64,000 nt of DNA from Candidatus Woesearchaeota archaeon (GCA_016933095.1 JAFGBP010000042.1:19691-83690), one strand, 5' to 3'. Shown: positions 1 through 10,268, counted from the first letter of the stretch. Translations and numbers: made by a program. Notes: generated from the letters alone by a model not told the origin.

Positions 1-126
1 TTCTGGAACCAGGTCCTCAAGATACTCTTCCTGGCACTCGTCGTCATAATCATAATCGCGCTCGTAGCAACCCTCTTCAGGAAGAAGAAGGAAGGTGACA
101 AGCCAGAAGTGGAGACGTACTACTAA
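1..126 (+). CDS. 3' end of a membrane-anchored surface protein (partial)
   Basis: Frame 1 reads FWNQVLKILFLALVVIIIIALVATLFRKKKEGDKPEVETYY*: a C-terminal TM helix followed by a basic tail. Confidence 0.75.
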   Translation, partial: FWNQVLKILFLALVVIIIIALVATLFRKKKEGDKPEVETYY

Positions 127-139
127 GAGGAGAAAGAAG

Positions 140-877
140 ATGAACAATGAATACAACCGAGAGTTCTCGCTTTCCACAATTGTAGAAGAGAACCTTAGAC
201 TGAGAAATCTCCCTTGTTACCCAGAGCTATCAGTGAATTTGCAGGAGCAGATATATAAAGACATATTCCATGGACTCGCATCAGCTTTCGGAATGATCTT
301 GGCACAACCTCGCTACAGCGTCACAGAAGAGCCTGGAGATAACACCGTAGAACTCCACAAAGAGACAACATACGATCTCCACCCAGCACTAAGATTTACC
401 GTCAAAAGCACCCATAAGATATCGCACGAGAGGAGTTCTGGCATATCGCTTGAAAGAGCTACGGCGTCCGAGATAATAAGATATAATAAAAGATATCTTA
501 AACATGCATTTTCCAAATATAAGAAAGATAACTATTCCGAGCTTCCACAAGCGCTTCAACTCAAAGACATCGCTATAGGAGTAAGAAGCAGGGCAGAGAG
601 GGTCGATGAGTTCCAAGCTTTATATGGAGCCATCACGCATCTCATGAATACAGCAGTGAACAGAGCATTCAACGAATTGTATGAAAGAATAATAATCTTC
701 GAGAGTGCGCTCCAGATATCTGACGAATACCGATTAAAAGGCTTTGGCCCTGATGATAAACATCTTGTCGAATGCATAGGCCGAGATGATAAACATCTTG
801 TAGAATGCATAGGCCGAGATGAGAAGAAGTTGGATGCATACGCACACAAATACGGAGATGCATTAAAGAAATCATAA
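140..877 (+). CDS. hypothetical protein with an 11-aa tandem duplication
   Basis: Long ORF with ATG at 140 after a GGAG element; DDKHLVECIGR occurs twice. Confidence 0.6.
   Translation: MNNEYNREFSLSTIVEENLRLRNLPCYPELSVNLQEQIYKDIFHGLASAFGMILAQPRYSVTEEPGDNTVELHKETTYDLHPALRFTVKSTHKISHERSSGISLERATASEIIRYNKRYLKHAFSKYKKDNYSELPQALQLKDIAIGVRSRAERVDEFQALYGAITHLMNTAVNRAFNELYERIIIFESALQISDEYRLKGFGPDDKHLVECIGRDDKHLVECIGRDEKKLDAYAHKYGDALKKS
752..817 (+). repeat. 33-bp in-frame tandem duplication
   Basis: gatgataaacatcttgt(c/a)gaatgcataggccga twice, 1 mismatch. Confidence 0.9.
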
Positions 878-920
878 AAAAAGCATGCTAACAAGAAAAA
901 AATTGGGGGAATAGAACAAA

Positions 921-3296
921 ATGAAAAACAACGCGTGGAAAATCCTTATATTGCCAATGATATTGGTACTGACACTGAGCCTCGCAGAGGCTGCACTTTA
1001 CGTAAACGTCGTGACCGACGAGTTCTCGATAGAGAGCCCATACCCGGTCCAGAGCGTCAAGACCTGCCAATGCGGTCTCAGGACTGAAGTGGTCGAGATA
1101 ACCAACCTCGGAGACTTCACGACACTGTTCGACGTGGAACTGTTCTCCCCAATGTCACAGTACATAACGCTCAGCCGAGGCTCATTCTCCCTCAAGCCAG
1201 GCGAAGCGACCAAGATCCACGTGTACATCGACGCGCCATGCGACCTCCCAATCAGCTCATTCTACGTAGTCCAGGTAAGCACCAACTACGGCCGAAGCAA
1301 AGAACTCTACAAGGAGTTCACGAGCCAGAAGTGCCAGAACATCAAGTTCGAGAGCAGCATGCTCAACGATACAATATACCCTGGCGAAGAGGCACAGCTC
1401 GAGATAGAGCTGCAGAACGTCGCAGAATTCACAGACACGTTCAAGATAGTCCCTACAAACAACCTTCCATACGCATGGATAAGCAGGGACTCAGTCACGC
1501 TAGAGCCTGACGAGAAGACCGCGGTAGTCATCCACACAACCCTTCCTCTAGGATCATACGGGGAAGTCGAGCAAGCGTTCAGCATAGAGAGCGAGAAAGG
1601 CAAGAACTCAGCCTTCGGATCAGAGAAGTACGAGATAGTCAAGGACTATGACTTCGCGATCCAGACAGAAGACTTCAAGGTCGATGCCTGCGAAGACGTG
1701 CTGAACAAGCAAGTAATAATGTTCAAGAACCTTGCAAGGACTCCTAACGAGTACTACTTGAGCCTCAAGGCGCCTTACTTCGTCAACCTCAGCCAATACT
1801 CGCTGACCCTTGACGGAGAAGAGGAAGACGCGATTGTCATGAACGTGGCCCCCAGCCAAGCAGACATCGGCAAGTACACAGTAATCCTGGAGGCAAGGAC
1901 CAAGTTCGGCGACGTGGTCAAGACAAAGACCTTTGACCTGAACGTCAAGGACTGCTTCGAGTCGAGCGCAGACATCTCTGAGAGCGGACACGTCAAGGAC
2001 CAGTCATGCACTGGAGAGAAGGAGTACGAGCTCAGGATTGTCAACAAGGGACTCTACGAGGAAGCATACCAGATAGAGGTCGACAGCGAAGGCTGGCTCT
2101 CAGTCTCAGAGGACAACGAGTTCGTGAGGCTCAGGCCTGCGCAGGAAGTCATCGTGCCTATCAAGGCAGTACTGCCTCCTGTCGATGAGACCAAGACCTC
2201 ATTCGTCCTGGTGAAGCAGCTCAGAGCGCCGTACCAGACCCACGAGATAAGGCTGGACATCGAGTCGCTGAGCGAGAGGACCTGCTACAACGTAGACCTA
2301 ATCCAGCAGACCTACGAGATCAACTACGAGACCCCAGTCATCCCGCTGCTCTTGAAGCACACAGGCCTGAAAGGAGGAGAATACTCGCTTGAGCTAGGAG
2401 AGCTTGATTCCAAGTTCGTCAGCCTAGAAGAGGACACAGTCACTTTCGAGCCAGGAGAGTTCAAGGTAATCCACATAACTCCTACGAACCAGTCAGCCTA
2501 CAAGACAGGGACATACCTCAACAAGCTGAGCCTGACAATAAAGCCGACCGACAAGACGATCGACTACGACAGGCAGTTCTGGATAGTCCTCAAAGACAAG
2601 AGCTTCCTCTCAAAGGCATGGTCGTACATAAAGAACTTCAACTACACGAGGATCGGAGTGTGCGGAGCAATCGGCGTGATACTCTTCGTGATCGCACTCA
2701 CCCTTGCAGTCCTGGCAGCTGGCATGAAATCCAACAAGGACCTCAAGATCAAGAGGATAAAGGCGTCAAGGATCAAGAACCTGAAAGTGCTGAACATCAT
2801 CATGACGGCACTGATACTCGCAGGCCTGGTATTCCTGATATTCATGGGAACCCCAGACGAGACAAGGTTCTACGATCAGGGAAGCAACCAGACAGGGCCA
2901 TTGTTCCACGAGTGGAAGCAGAACACCGCCTACAAGCTCAACCTAGACTACTACTTCACAGACCCTGACATGGACGTCCTCGTCTACACTGCAAGCCAGC
3001 CAGACCACATCCAGATAAGGATTGAAGGAAGCATAGCGACGCTCACGCCAGAGCACGGCTGGAGTGGCGAAGAGAACGTAGTCTTCACGGCAAGCGACGA
3101 GAAAGGAGGCATCACAGACAGCGACGTGATGACACTCTCAGTCGTGAAGAAGAACCCAATGGACTTCTTTGACTACTGGAGCCTCTACTGCAAACAGGTC
3201 AACATCGTCCTGATGATGGTGATACTCGCGCTCCTCCTCGTCATAACAGACGTGGTAGAAGAGAGAGGCTACAGGCGATACTTGCCGAGAAGGTAA
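921..3296 (+). CDS. large secreted/membrane surface protein with Ig-like repeats
   Basis: Signal peptide, repeated 'I.N.G...d.f...L.PGE' Ig/CARDB-like units, a cadherin-like DPDMDVLVY segment and several C-terminal TM helices. Confidence 0.75.
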   Translation: MKNNAWKILILPMILVLTLSLAEAALYVNVVTDEFSIESPYPVQSVKTCQCGLRTEVVEITNLGDFTTLFDVELFSPMSQYITLSRGSFSLKPGEATKIHVYIDAPCDLPISSFYVVQVSTNYGRSKELYKEFTSQKCQNIKFESSMLNDTIYPGEEAQLEIELQNVAEFTDTFKIVPTNNLPYAWISRDSVTLEPDEKTAVVIHTTLPLGSYGEVEQAFSIESEKGKNSAFGSEKYEIVKDYDFAIQTEDFKVDACEDVLNKQVIMFKNLARTPNEYYLSLKAPYFVNLSQYSLTLDGEEEDAIVMNVAPSQADIGKYTVILEARTKFGDVVKTKTFDLNVKDCFESSADISESGHVKDQSCTGEKEYELRIVNKGLYEEAYQIEVDSEGWLSVSEDNEFVRLRPAQEVIVPIKAVLPPVDETKTSFVLVKQLRAPYQTHEIRLDIESLSERTCYNVDLIQQTYEINYETPVIPLLLKHTGLKGGEYSLELGELDSKFVSLEEDTVTFEPGEFKVIHITPTNQSAYKTGTYLNKLSLTIKPTDKTIDYDRQFWIVLKDKSFLSKAWSYIKNFNYTRIGVCGAIGVILFVIALTLAVLAAGMKSNKDLKIKRIKASRIKNLKVLNIIMTALILAGLVFLIFMGTPDETRFYDQGSNQTGPLFHEWKQNTAYKLNLDYYFTDPDMDVLVYTASQPDHIQIRIEGSIATLTPEHGWSGEENVVFTASDEKGGITDSDVMTLSVVKKNPMDFFDYWSLYCKQVNIVLMMVILALLLVITDVVEERGYRRYLPRR

Positions 3297-3425
3297 GCGC
3301 GAAGCTGATCTAAACTCTTTATCATAGTCTTTCTTTATCTTTCTCAACACCCACACAGATAACGTCTCTGGGATAGAATCAGCTAAGAGAGATCAGAATT
3401 AAGAGTGAAAGAAACCTAGAAGAAT

Positions 3426-4646
3426 TTATTTATTGGCAGAAACCTTTTTGGCACTTTTGGTAGGGAACTGTTGCGCCGCTTCCTGCAAGGCTTCAGTCTT
3501 GATGCATTCCTGAAGAGTATACCACTTATCACGGTCACTTTCCTGGCTCGAATCTGCGAGTACACGGTAACGCCAAGCTTCCTTAGGAGACATGCCAAAC
3601 GGCAGTTGTTCCTCAAAAGGCTTCCATTCATTCGACGTGGTCATGTACCAGTCATCGCGCTCAGCAGGAGTTCCGACACCTGCCCTGATCCTTATGCCCC
3701 AAGCAGTATCTGCAGTGATCCACTCAGGCAATGGTTCCTTGCCAGGTCTCCAAGTCTTAGCGTCGAACACCACGGCAGATGCAGGAGTAGTCTCATAAGC
3801 AGGCTTAGGAGCCGATCCAGCAGACGCTAGCTCAGCCACAGCTTCCGGCGGAGCCACGACCTTGCCATCCACGACTGTCAAAGGCGTGTAAGGCTGGGTG
3901 TCATCAGAAGAATAAATACGAGTAAGCCATTCGCTTGGCATCTCGAAGACTTCGTCTTTCTGCGCTCCGATCATGTAATCATTGTCAACAATCTGGTCAA
4001 CGACAGGAACGGAATCCTGACCCTCGGCGTTGCCTTCAAGGACGAGCTTAGGGTGTCCCAGGAGAGACTTGTCTGGCTTTGGTTCGGGAGGAAGATATCC
4101 TTTCCTTTCAGCCACTTCCTGCCAGCCTTCCCTAGAAAGTACTTGATTGGGAGTGTTTCCCTCATATGCTGTACTAAGGCGATCCTTTGAATAAGCAAGC
4201 TTCTTTGCCAGAGCATCCCATGTAACCGGGTACATCTTAAGACTGGCTCTCAGATTCTCTGGAACGCCAGCCAGGGCCTTGTATGCACGATTAGTAGCGT
4301 CTAGCGCTAGCCTCACTCTCTCCTCAACCTGATTTATCTCAGAGAGCATGACTTCCACAGCACACATCTCTTCAGAGGATAGGGCTCTTTCTTCCAGATT
4401 CATCGCCTGGACTTTCTCAGACTTAGCATCTACATTGGAATTGAAATCGCCGACTGCTTTTGCAAAAGAATCCTGTTCCAGATAGGTCAAGATCTGGCTT
4501 AGAGCCACTCCTTTTGCCCCTCGAACCTTTGCAGATGGATTGACTGCGGAATAGCACCTTTCCTTTAGAATATCGTATGCTGCATAGACTGATGCCGCAA
4601 GCGGCGTTGGCGTCGCATTCTCTTGTGAGGTTTTATCGTCATTCAT
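3426..4646 (-). CDS. hypothetical protein with a duplicated Trp-rich C-terminal module
   Basis: ORF of about 406 aa, AGGTGA RBS before the ATG at 4646. Confidence 0.65.
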   Translation of the reverse strand: MNDDKTSQENATPTPLAASVYAAYDILKERCYSAVNPSAKVRGAKGVALSQILTYLEQDSFAKAVGDFNSNVDAKSEKVQAMNLEERALSSEEMCAVEVMLSEINQVEERVRLALDATNRAYKALAGVPENLRASLKMYPVTWDALAKKLAYSKDRLSTAYEGNTPNQVLSREGWQEVAERKGYLPPEPKPDKSLLGHPKLVLEGNAEGQDSVPVVDQIVDNDYMIGAQKDEVFEMPSEWLTRIYSSDDTQPYTPLTVVDGKVVAPPEAVAELASAGSAPKPAYETTPASAVVFDAKTWRPGKEPLPEWITADTAWGIRIRAGVGTPAERDDWYMTTSNEWKPFEEQLPFGMSPKEAWRYRVLADSSQESDRDKWYTLQECIKTEALQEAAQQFPTKSAKKVSANK

Positions 4647-4785
4647 GTTCAATATCACCTTTTTTTATCTTATGTGAATGTCTTTCTTTATAAAGCTTTC
4701 GGTTTTGTAGCCACTTGTTAGTGACTACAAATAGAAATCGAATGGCATAACATCATCTCGAAGCAGCTATAGGCGGCCTAAAACC

Positions 4786-5043
4786 TTAAAGATAAAGCTC
4801 CATGAAGACCTTCTTGGCCATCATCTCCTTGTTAGTCTCAGTCTTGATCTTCCTGGCAAGCCTGGAATGCAGGAAGACGTCAGAAACCCAGGAATGGAAG
4901 TCATTCTTCCCGGCATTCACGTGATGGGCGAACGCGTCAGGGTTCATGTTCCTGAGGGCGTCAGGAAGCTCCCTCAAATGCCTAATCACGCTGCCGTCAC
5001 AAACGTAAAAATACTTCTCCGCCGGAACGTTTAATATCTCCAT
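4786..5043 (-). CDS. DUF5752-like small protein
   Basis: FYVCDG..IRHLREL...FAHHV...NDFHSWVSDVF motif. Confidence 0.7.
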   Translation of the reverse strand: MEILNVPAEKYFYVCDGSVIRHLRELPDALRNMNPDAFAHHVNAGKNDFHSWVSDVFLHSRLARKIKTETNKEMMAKKVFMELYL

Positions 5044-5153
5044 TGCATACATAACCCTAAGAAAGGTATTTAAATACTTTACGTGAAAACAGGCCCTGAA
5101 ACGGCACAAATTAAGAAAAAATTAATAAAAACACGAAGTTAACCACAAGCAAA

Positions 5154-6446
5154 ATGAAATTCACATCAATCCAGGAAGCCATGAACAAGGGTTCAGGCAA
5201 GGTAAGCATGCGCGGATGGGTGCACCGAGAAAGAGGGTCAAACAAGCTCAAGTTCATCGTGCTGAGAGACAGCTCGAACATCATCCAGTGTGTGGTCAAG
5301 AAAGACAAGTTCTCCGAGGAGAAGTACGCAGAGGCAGACAAGCTCCAGGTGGAGGCAAGCCTCGAGATACACGGCACTATCAAGGAAGATAAGCGAGCCC
5401 CGACCGGATACGAGGTCGAGGTTGACGATTTCCAGATTGTAGGAGCATGCGACAGCTTCCCCATAAAAGCCGACCAGAACAGGGAGTTCATGGACGACAA
5501 CAGACACCTGACCCTCAGGACGAGGAGGATGACCGCCATAATGAAGATCAGGAGCACCTACGTGCAAGCAAGGGATGAGTTCTACAGGAAGAAAGGATTC
5601 TTCAGGTTCGACGCACCCATCCTGCAACCAAGCCAGTCAGAAGGCGGAAGCACGCTCTTCGAAGTCAAGTATTATGACAAGAAGACCTACCTGTCACAGT
5701 CATGGCAGCTGTACGCAGAGTCCGCCATATTCGCACTCGAGAAGATATATGACATGGGACCCACGTTCAGGGCTGAGAAGAGCAAGACCTCAAGGCACCT
5801 CTCAGAATTCTGGATGGCAGAGATGGAAGCCGCGTGGTGGGACCTCCACCAAGTCAGCGAGTTTGCAAAGGAAGAAATAAGATACTGCATCAAGAAAGTA
5901 GTCGAGGAACGCTCTGACGACCTGAAGACTCTGGAACAAGACCCTGAGAAACTAAGAAAGGTCGTCGAGAAGGATTGGCCGACCATCAAGTACAGGGACG
6001 CATTGCAGATGCTCAAGGAAAAGGACAAGATGGAAGTAGAGTTCGGCAAAGACCTCCGAACCATAGAGGAAGAGAAGCTAGCAAAGCACTATGACACCCC
6101 TGTCGTCGTCACGCACTATCCTGTCGTCGCAATGGCATTCTACAAGCCACGAGACCAAGACTTCCCGGAAGAGGCGCTCTGCTTTGACATGCTATCCCCC
6201 ACAGGGGTAGAAATAGTCGGAGGAAGCCAGAGAAGCCTTGACATCGAGGACATGAAAGAAAGGCTCGTCGAGGCAGGAGAAGATCCATCCTCATTAGAAT
6301 GGTACTTCGACCTCCGACGGTACGGCTCCGTGCCGCACTCAGGATACGGCGTCGGAATCGAGAGAGTGCTCACATGGATCTGCGGCCTGGACTCAGTGAA
6401 AGACGCAATACCATTCCCGAGGACGCCGTTGAGATACAAGCCCTGA
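5154..6446 (+). CDS. asnS: asparagine--tRNA ligase
   Basis: OB-fold RGWVHRER, YLSQSWQLY, FRAEKSKTSRHLSEFWMAEME, WYFDLRRYGSVPHSGYGVGIER. Confidence 0.9.
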   Translation: MKFTSIQEAMNKGSGKVSMRGWVHRERGSNKLKFIVLRDSSNIIQCVVKKDKFSEEKYAEADKLQVEASLEIHGTIKEDKRAPTGYEVEVDDFQIVGACDSFPIKADQNREFMDDNRHLTLRTRRMTAIMKIRSTYVQARDEFYRKKGFFRFDAPILQPSQSEGGSTLFEVKYYDKKTYLSQSWQLYAESAIFALEKIYDMGPTFRAEKSKTSRHLSEFWMAEMEAAWWDLHQVSEFAKEEIRYCIKKVVEERSDDLKTLEQDPEKLRKVVEKDWPTIKYRDALQMLKEKDKMEVEFGKDLRTIEEEKLAKHYDTPVVVTHYPVVAMAFYKPRDQDFPEEALCFDMLSPTGVEIVGGSQRSLDIEDMKERLVEAGEDPSSLEWYFDLRRYGSVPHSGYGVGIERVLTWICGLDSVKDAIPFPRTPLRYKP

Positions 6447-6490
6447 TGACGGTTGTTGGGCGGCGACAATAAAAACAGAAACTCCGAGAA

Positions 6491-8095
6491 CTAGTGCAGC
6501 GCCATCTTCTTCATGTTATCCTTATGCTTCTTCTTCTCTTTCTGCCTTGGCGTCAGCCTCTTCTTGCCGCTCTTCTTCACCTTCCCCGCCACTGGTTTAT
6601 GCGCAGGCTGTTTGATGTGACTCACGTAGGCAGCTGCAGCTCCCGAGTCAGCAATGGACAGCTGGTGCATGGCCGGCGAAGCGCTCTTTGCCATGGGCGC
6701 TGGCTTTGACACCGTTGGCTTGTGGTCCTTCGGCGGAGAGCCTTCTGCAATCTTGTCCAGGTGCTCTTGCACGAATCCGAGGTCTGACAACGCTTCCTCG
6801 CAGAACTGCAATGCTCCCTCGTGGAAGTTCTTCACAGGGTCAGAGTCGTTCTTTGCCAAGACGTCGATTATCTTGTCGTTTCCATAGGGATCACGGTCGA
6901 GCTTGAGCAGGCCTGTAAGATCATTGAGATCGAACACCTCAGATTCCTTCTTCGTCGAAACCAATAGGGTGTCCTGAATCTTCTTGAGCAGTCTCACAGC
7001 AGCCGCCTTCCTCCTAGCAGGAGTCTCGTCTTTCAACTCTGTAAACTCGTTGTAATGCTCGGCGTCAACCCTTATCTTCTTCCTCATCGACTCTGTGCCG
7101 CCGCGGCGCACGCTATACACGCGCCCGATGACTGCATTGATGGCCTTGGCCTTATCCTCGATACTCGCCACAAACTTCTTAACGTCATCCTCTGTATCGA
7201 GGACTGCAACTTTGGGCTTGGAAGCGGGCTTCGGCTTAGGTGCCGGAGCAGCTTTCTCCTTTATTATCACAATCTCCTTCTTCTCAACAGGAACCTTTGA
7301 CTCAGTCTCGCTGGTCTCGTGCTCCCTCTCCCTGGTCGTCGTCTCCTCTACCTCTTTTGAACGCGCGTGCTCATGACGCACAAAGGCGTGCTGCAGCACG
7401 AGGATGGCCTCGAAGAGAAGCCCAATCACTATGTTGATGGTGCTAAGAGTCAGGTAGTCGAGAGGGCCAAGAAGCTTGGCCAGCCCCAATACAAGGAAGA
7501 GCCCTGTGAATATGAACGGAAATACCATCAAAAAGCCAGACTCCATGTGATACTTATCGACTAGTACGTAAGTGACGACTATAGTAAGCAGTGCTGGAGA
7601 GAATCCGAGGAACGTGTAGAAAGGCCCGGAGTCAGTTATCAAGCTCAGCACTATCACGCCAATGAACCACAATATCAGAGCGATCACGCAAGTGACCTTC
7701 AACACCTTATCAACGATGATCTCGACCTCATCCTCCTGATGAGTCTCAGTCTCCACTGTCTTCTCGACAGTCTTCTCGTGAGTGGCAGTATGCGATGAGT
7801 GGAGCGGCTGGTGATAAGCCTGCCGTAAAGCATGCATATGAGCCTGCGAACGCATGGACGGATGGGAATGGATCGAACCTGGATGGTGATGCAAGACCTG
7901 ATGAGAAGCATGAGCGGGATGATGGTTGTGAACCGGATGATGATGCGGATGAGATGGAACAGGATTTGCAGGTACGTGGTGGAATGTATGCGGCGTCGGC
8001 AAGATCCTGGCCTCGTCAGCCTTCTTTTTATCCCTTGCAGGGACTTTAGGTATGACTACATCCTCCAAACTGCTGATTCCACCTCTTTTCAACAT
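6491..8095 (-). CDS. membrane protein with a His-rich N-terminus
   Basis: His-rich low-complexity stretch, about 4 TM helices, soluble C-domain and Lys-rich tail. Confidence 0.7.
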   Translation of the reverse strand: MLKRGGISSLEDVVIPKVPARDKKKADEARILPTPHTFHHVPANPVPSHPHHHPVHNHHPAHASHQVLHHHPGSIHSHPSMRSQAHMHALRQAYHQPLHSSHTATHEKTVEKTVETETHQEDEVEIIVDKVLKVTCVIALILWFIGVIVLSLITDSGPFYTFLGFSPALLTIVVTYVLVDKYHMESGFLMVFPFIFTGLFLVLGLAKLLGPLDYLTLSTINIVIGLLFEAILVLQHAFVRHEHARSKEVEETTTREREHETSETESKVPVEKKEIVIIKEKAAPAPKPKPASKPKVAVLDTEDDVKKFVASIEDKAKAINAVIGRVYSVRRGGTESMRKKIRVDAEHYNEFTELKDETPARRKAAAVRLLKKIQDTLLVSTKKESEVFDLNDLTGLLKLDRDPYGNDKIIDVLAKNDSDPVKNFHEGALQFCEEALSDLGFVQEHLDKIAEGSPPKDHKPTVSKPAPMAKSASPAMHQLSIADSGAAAAYVSHIKQPAHKPVAGKVKKSGKKRLTPRQKEKKKHKDNMKKMALH

Positions 8096-8133
8096 TTCTA
8101 GGCTTATTGTTATTTAAGCTTTTCGCCGGAAGC

Positions 8134-8256
8134 GGCTCTGTTCAAAATCTCTCGTAGCCCGCCGCGACCGCTTATTAATAACATCCTTTAGCCGAGTCTA
8201 GTCTGATCGTATGGTATTTCGTATGCGCAGCAAGGGGCTACTTTTTGAACAGAGCC
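8134..8256. mobile_element. MITE-like element, family A (123 bp)
   Basis: TIR ggctctgttcaaaa/ttttgaacagagcc with a perfect 9-bp flanking direct repeat gccggaagc (8125-8133, 8257-8265). Confidence 0.85.
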
Positions 8257-8423
8257 GCCGGAAGCCAACCAAAAGGCCGTGCCCCCTAGCGCAGCTTACG
8301 ACAGCATGTTCAAACAGAGGAAGAATCGGTTCGATACACGATGAACTGGAGCGCGGAGCGGGGCACGGAAAGAATGCTTAAGCAGGAAAAGAGTTTTAAA
8401 CAAGGCCCCATACCTGACGTATC

Positions 8424-8939
8424 ATGAAAGAGACTTACACTCCTAAGATCGAGGTGCGGAAGGGAAGCATCGCAACCATCAGGGTAGACGCTGTAGTCAA
8501 TCCTGCGAACAGCTTCGGCTACATGGGCGGGGGAGTCGCAGGAGTGCTTAAGGAAGTGGGCGGCCAGGAGATAGAAGATGAGGCGGTAGAGCATGCTCCG
8601 ATTCAAGTGGGAGAAGCAGTGGCTACAACCCCAGGCCTGCTTGTCTGCAAGAAGGTCATACACGCTCCGACGATGCATAATCCTGGTGAATTGACAGATA
8701 CCCATAAAGTAGGGTGTGCTGTGGAGGCGGCGCTTGAGCTTGCTGAGAAGGAGAAGTGCAGGAATGTCGCGATCCCCGGCATGGGAACAGGTGTCGGCGG
8801 CCTTGACAAGAAGGAAGCCGCCAAGGCCATGATAGGGAAGATCAAAGGTAAAAGGTTCGAATACGTCCAGACGATCATATTGATAGATGTCGATGATGAT
8901 ATGGTGGAAGCGTTCGAAGAGGCACTAGGTCACGAGTGA
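8424..8939 (+). CDS. macro domain (ADP-ribose binding/hydrolase) protein
   Basis: DAVVNPANS...MGGGVAG, VIHAPTM, AIPGMGTGVGG. Confidence 0.92.
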   Translation: MKETYTPKIEVRKGSIATIRVDAVVNPANSFGYMGGGVAGVLKEVGGQEIEDEAVEHAPIQVGEAVATTPGLLVCKKVIHAPTMHNPGELTDTHKVGCAVEAALELAEKEKCRNVAIPGMGTGVGGLDKKEAAKAMIGKIKGKRFEYVQTIILIDVDDDMVEAFEEALGHE

Positions 8940-8951
8940 GAAAACATACAT

Positions 8952-10169
8952 CTAAGAGCTTAAGAGGTGATCAGTCTCTTTCTTCATCCTCGCCTCGTAC
9001 TCGTATTTCTTCTCGCCGTCTTTCTGCTCATCTGATAGCAGCCGAAGGAGCTCTCTTATCAGCTTCTCTTCCTTCTTCTGGTCGCCGGAGTATCTTGAGG
9101 CGTCCTGCTTCGCTGCGTGCTTCTGTATTAGCTCTGCTTCCAGCTCTTCTGCAGTGCCTGAGTGGACTATCATCTCTGTGAATTCCTTTGACGTGAGCTT
9201 TGACGTGCTTCTCATCACGAAGAACGCTCCTTTGTTGTAAAGGCTCTTTACGAATGACTTGAAGTCAATGTCGGAGGGCTTGCCGCTCTTGAGCTCGCCG
9301 TGGACCTTTACGAGCACTATCGCGTTGTTGAACTCCTTGAGCTTTATTGCAGAGTCGAGCTCGTGGTAGACTTCTTCAGGAGTCTTGTTCTGGGCATCTG
9401 CCTCTATTCGGTAGACGCTCTTGACGTTCAGGGGCTGGTATTCAAGCTCTCCGTCTTCATAGATGTAGAACCCGCCCTTTCCCAGGCTCCATGCCTCGCT
9501 GAAATTGGCAGGGAAGATGGGGCCCGGGTAAACGACATTTTTTCGCTCTGCTAAATCCTTTGCTTCTACTATATGAATGTGACCGCCAGCGTAATAGTCG
9601 AATCCTCTCGGAAACTCGCTTGCGCTTATCCCCCGTATCACTTTCATCTCCGTTGGGAGGAGCTCTTCGACTGTCGTGTGGAAGAGGAATATCTTAGGGC
9701 CCAATGCCTGCTCCAAAGGCTCTATGTCCAGGGAATCGTATTCTTCCTGCTCCAGGCTTCCTTTCCTGCCGCCTATGCCTGTAAGCTTGGCCTTGGTCTT
9801 CGGGTCCTCTGTGAAACTGAGTTTTAGCTTGCCTTCGATAACTTCTCCTTTCATGACGTTCTTCAGGAGCTCTGTCTCTTCGAGGACGTCGAGGATGGTC
9901 TTCCCGCTGGCTGAGTAGTCGTGGCTTCCGGGGACGACGTAGACAGGGATGTGGGCTTGCTTCAGTTTCTTCAGCAGGATGACGGTCTCCTGCAGGTGGT
10001 CTATCGCAGGTACTGCGGTGTTGAAGAGATCCCCTGCTATTATGACGAAGTCGAGTTTCTTCTCGAGAATGACGGTGATGGCTCTCCTGAAGGCTTCGAG
10101 TGAGAGGTTCTTCATGAGCGGGTCTCTCCATGCTCCTATGTGGACGTCTGCTAGATGTGCGAATCGCAT
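8952..10169 (-). CDS. mre11: DNA repair nuclease Mre11/SbcD
   Basis: FAHLADVHIG, IAGDLF, PGSHD, LFH, YYAGGHIH, YPG phosphoesterase motifs; start taken at MRFAH. Confidence 0.88.
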   Translation of the reverse strand: MRFAHLADVHIGAWRDPLMKNLSLEAFRRAITVILEKKLDFVIIAGDLFNTAVPAIDHLQETVILLKKLKQAHIPVYVVPGSHDYSASGKTILDVLEETELLKNVMKGEVIEGKLKLSFTEDPKTKAKLTGIGGRKGSLEQEEYDSLDIEPLEQALGPKIFLFHTTVEELLPTEMKVIRGISASEFPRGFDYYAGGHIHIVEAKDLAERKNVVYPGPIFPANFSEAWSLGKGGFYIYEDGELEYQPLNVKSVYRIEADAQNKTPEEVYHELDSAIKLKEFNNAIVLVKVHGELKSGKPSDIDFKSFVKSLYNKGAFFVMRSTSKLTSKEFTEMIVHSGTAEELEAELIQKHAAKQDASRYSGDQKKEEKLIRELLRLLSDEQKDGEKKYEYEARMKKETDHLLSS

Positions 10170-10268
10170 AGGAGGAGGGGAAGCCAGAGAGCTATAAAAG
10201 ATAATGTGACCACCACGAAGTAGTAAATAAAACGAAAGGTTTATAAATAAGAGAATAATCCAAAAAAA

